From Macrostomum lignano (Eukaryota), in assembly GCA_002269645.1 (NCBI GenBank), contig NIVC01001052.1:1-64000 (forward strand): 64,000 nucleotides of DNA. The letters run 5' to 3'. A program made the translations under genes and the position numbers. A model generated the notes under the pieces. That model was not told the origin of the DNA. It saw nothing but the letters and a program-made list of their open reading frames with translations, and ran no database searches. Every line of letters starts with the position of its first letter. Within the stretch, counting starts at the first letter, position 1. Below, one piece after another: positions 62,021-64,000 of the stretch.

Positions 62021-62934
62021 CACCTGTCTGCACACCTGGCGCAATCGGGGCAGGTGTAATAAAAAAAACTCATGTCCTGACCTTTCAAAAGCTACTTAAA
62101 AGTAGTCACGAAAGCATTAAATGCTTCATTTTAAAAACTTGTTTCAACGGGAGAGCGGGAAAATTAGCCTCGATGTAAGGCATGCAGCATGGGCTCACTC
62201 ACGCACTCAGACCGTAGCCCTGCGGCAATCTGAGCCGCTCATTTAAGGCTTGGGGGTCACCCGGATCCAAAGTTCCCCATCCTCAATCTCTGTCGCTCTC
62301 TCCACTCTCGGACACACAACACGAACTCGCACCAGCATGGCACATATGCCCGGAGCAAGATGAAGAGAAAGAGCTAGAGAGAGAGAGAGCGCGCGAGGCA
62401 AAAAGAGAACCGGAGGAGCCGGACCGCCCCCCTCCCCTCTGAATGCGATCAATTTGGCTTCGCGGAGGAAAAAAATTAATCAATTTTCTTCTACCGCAAG
62501 CAAGTTGCAGAATCTCTTCTTCTTCTTCTTCTTCTTCTCCTACTTCTCCATTCGCCTTCGCGCCGCTGTATTTGGCCCTATAGATTCCCAACGATCGGCC
62601 AGCCCCAAAAAACTAACTTGTTTATTCGCCCCAGGGGGTAAAGATATTGAGGATCTCTCAATCGAGATCCCCCAGCTCTTAGCCAGCTGAACCAGCGCAG
62701 AACCTCAACTGAGACTGGCCTCTCCTTATTTAGCTACTGGGAGAATGCAGGGTGAAGGGGAATTGTTCAGCCAATCCAAGTGGCCCATATAATTAACTGC
62801 TTTTAGCTGTGTCATCGGGCCAACTGAAGAGGCCCAGCGAGGAGCGTCAAGACCATGAAGGCTAACACAGAGCCTTTGAGATCTGTGTGCACAGATTTCT
62901 CTCTTTTTTCAATCCTTTTGGCTATTGTTGGTTT

Positions 62935-64000
62935 GATGATGGTCATTGAGTGTCTGATGATGGTCATTGAGTGTTTGATGGTGGTCATTGAGTGTTTGAT
63001 GGTGGTCATTGAGTGTTTGATGATGGTCATTGAGTGTTTGATGATGGTCATTGAGTGTTTGATGATGGTCATTGAGTGTTTGATGATGGTCATTGAGTGT
63101 TTGATGATGGTCATTGAGTGTTTGATGATGGTCATTGAGTGTCTGATGATGGTCATTGAGTATTTGATGATGGTCATTGAGTGTTTGATGATGGTCATTG
63201 AGTGTCTGATGATGGTCATTGAGTATTTGATGATGTTCATTGAGTATTTGATGATAGTCACTGAGTGTTTGATGATGGTCATTGAGTGTCTGATGATAGT
63301 CACTGGGTGTCTGATGATGGTCACTGGGTGTCTGATGATAGTCACTGAGTGTTTGATGATGGTCATTGAGTGTTTGATGATGGTCATTGAGTGTCTGATG
63401 ATGGTCATTGAGTATTTGATGATGGTCATTGAGTGTTTGATGATGGTCATTGAGTGTCTGATGATGGTCATTGAGTATTTGATGATGGTCATTGAGTATT
63501 CGATGATAGTCACTGAGTGTTTGATGATGGTCATTGAGTGTTTGATGATGGTCATTGAGTGTCTGATGATGGTCATTGAGTATTTGATGATGGTCATTGA
63601 GTGTTTGATGATGGTCATTGAGTGTCTGATGATGGTCATTGAGTATTTGATGATGGTCATTGAGTGTTTGATGATGGTCATTGAGTGTCTGATGATGGTC
63701 ATTGAGTATTTGATGATGGTCATTGAGTATTTGATGATAGTCACTGAGTGTTTGATGATGGTCATTGAGTGTCTGATGATAGTCACTGGGTGTCTGATGA
63801 TGGTCACTGGGTGTCTGATGATAGTCACTGAGTGTTTGATGATGGTCATTGAGTGTTTGATGATGGTCATTGAGTGTCTGATGATGGTCATTGAGTATTT
63901 GATGATGGTCATTGAGTGTTTGATGATGGTCATTGAGTGTCTGATGATGGTCATTGAGTATTTGATGATGGTCATTGAGTATTCGATGATAGTCACTGAG
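62935..64000. repeat. 21-bp minisatellite (TGATGATGGTCATTGAGTGTT), runs off the window end
   Basis: About 50 units with recurring variant blocks. Confidence 0.96.

Noticed and set aside
62935-64000. TGATGA box-C motifs suggesting a snoRNA array
   Set aside because: Simply part of the 21-bp unit; no box D or terminal stems.

Overview
Eukaryotic (animal) genomic DNA. GC-rich polyQ/polyA exons, minisatellite-filled introns and CORE-SINEs suggest a free-living flatworm such as Macrostomum (inference only). I reconstructed six genes by hand, using phase-consistent splice sites for the spliced ones: a C2H2 zinc-finger gene (+), an 822-aa polyQ/coiled-coil gene (-), an intronless DEG/ENaC channel (+), an intronless divergent EF-hand-like ORF (+), an MRG15/MORF4L1 homologue (-, first exon not confirmed), and a 3-exon GPI-anchored Ly6/three-finger gene (-) split across the ORF track. 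About 14 tandem arrays (units 4-43 bp) occur, many nearly filling introns. Mobile DNA includes hAT MITEs and a 2.6-kb hAT element with 8-bp TSDs, a Tc1/IS630 element with DD30E spacing, a CCC-ended CACTA-like element, a 76-bp foldback with a 9-bp TSD, five MIR-like CORE-SINEs, and hAT, non-LTR and Gypsy remnants. The most notable unexplained patterns are (i) two CpG-eroded, AT-rich, TE-dense domains that appear to occupy the 5' part of genes and change codon usage within one gene, and (ii) neighbouring intronic minisatellites of the same gene sharing seed motifs. All alignments and counts are manual; no database searches were run.
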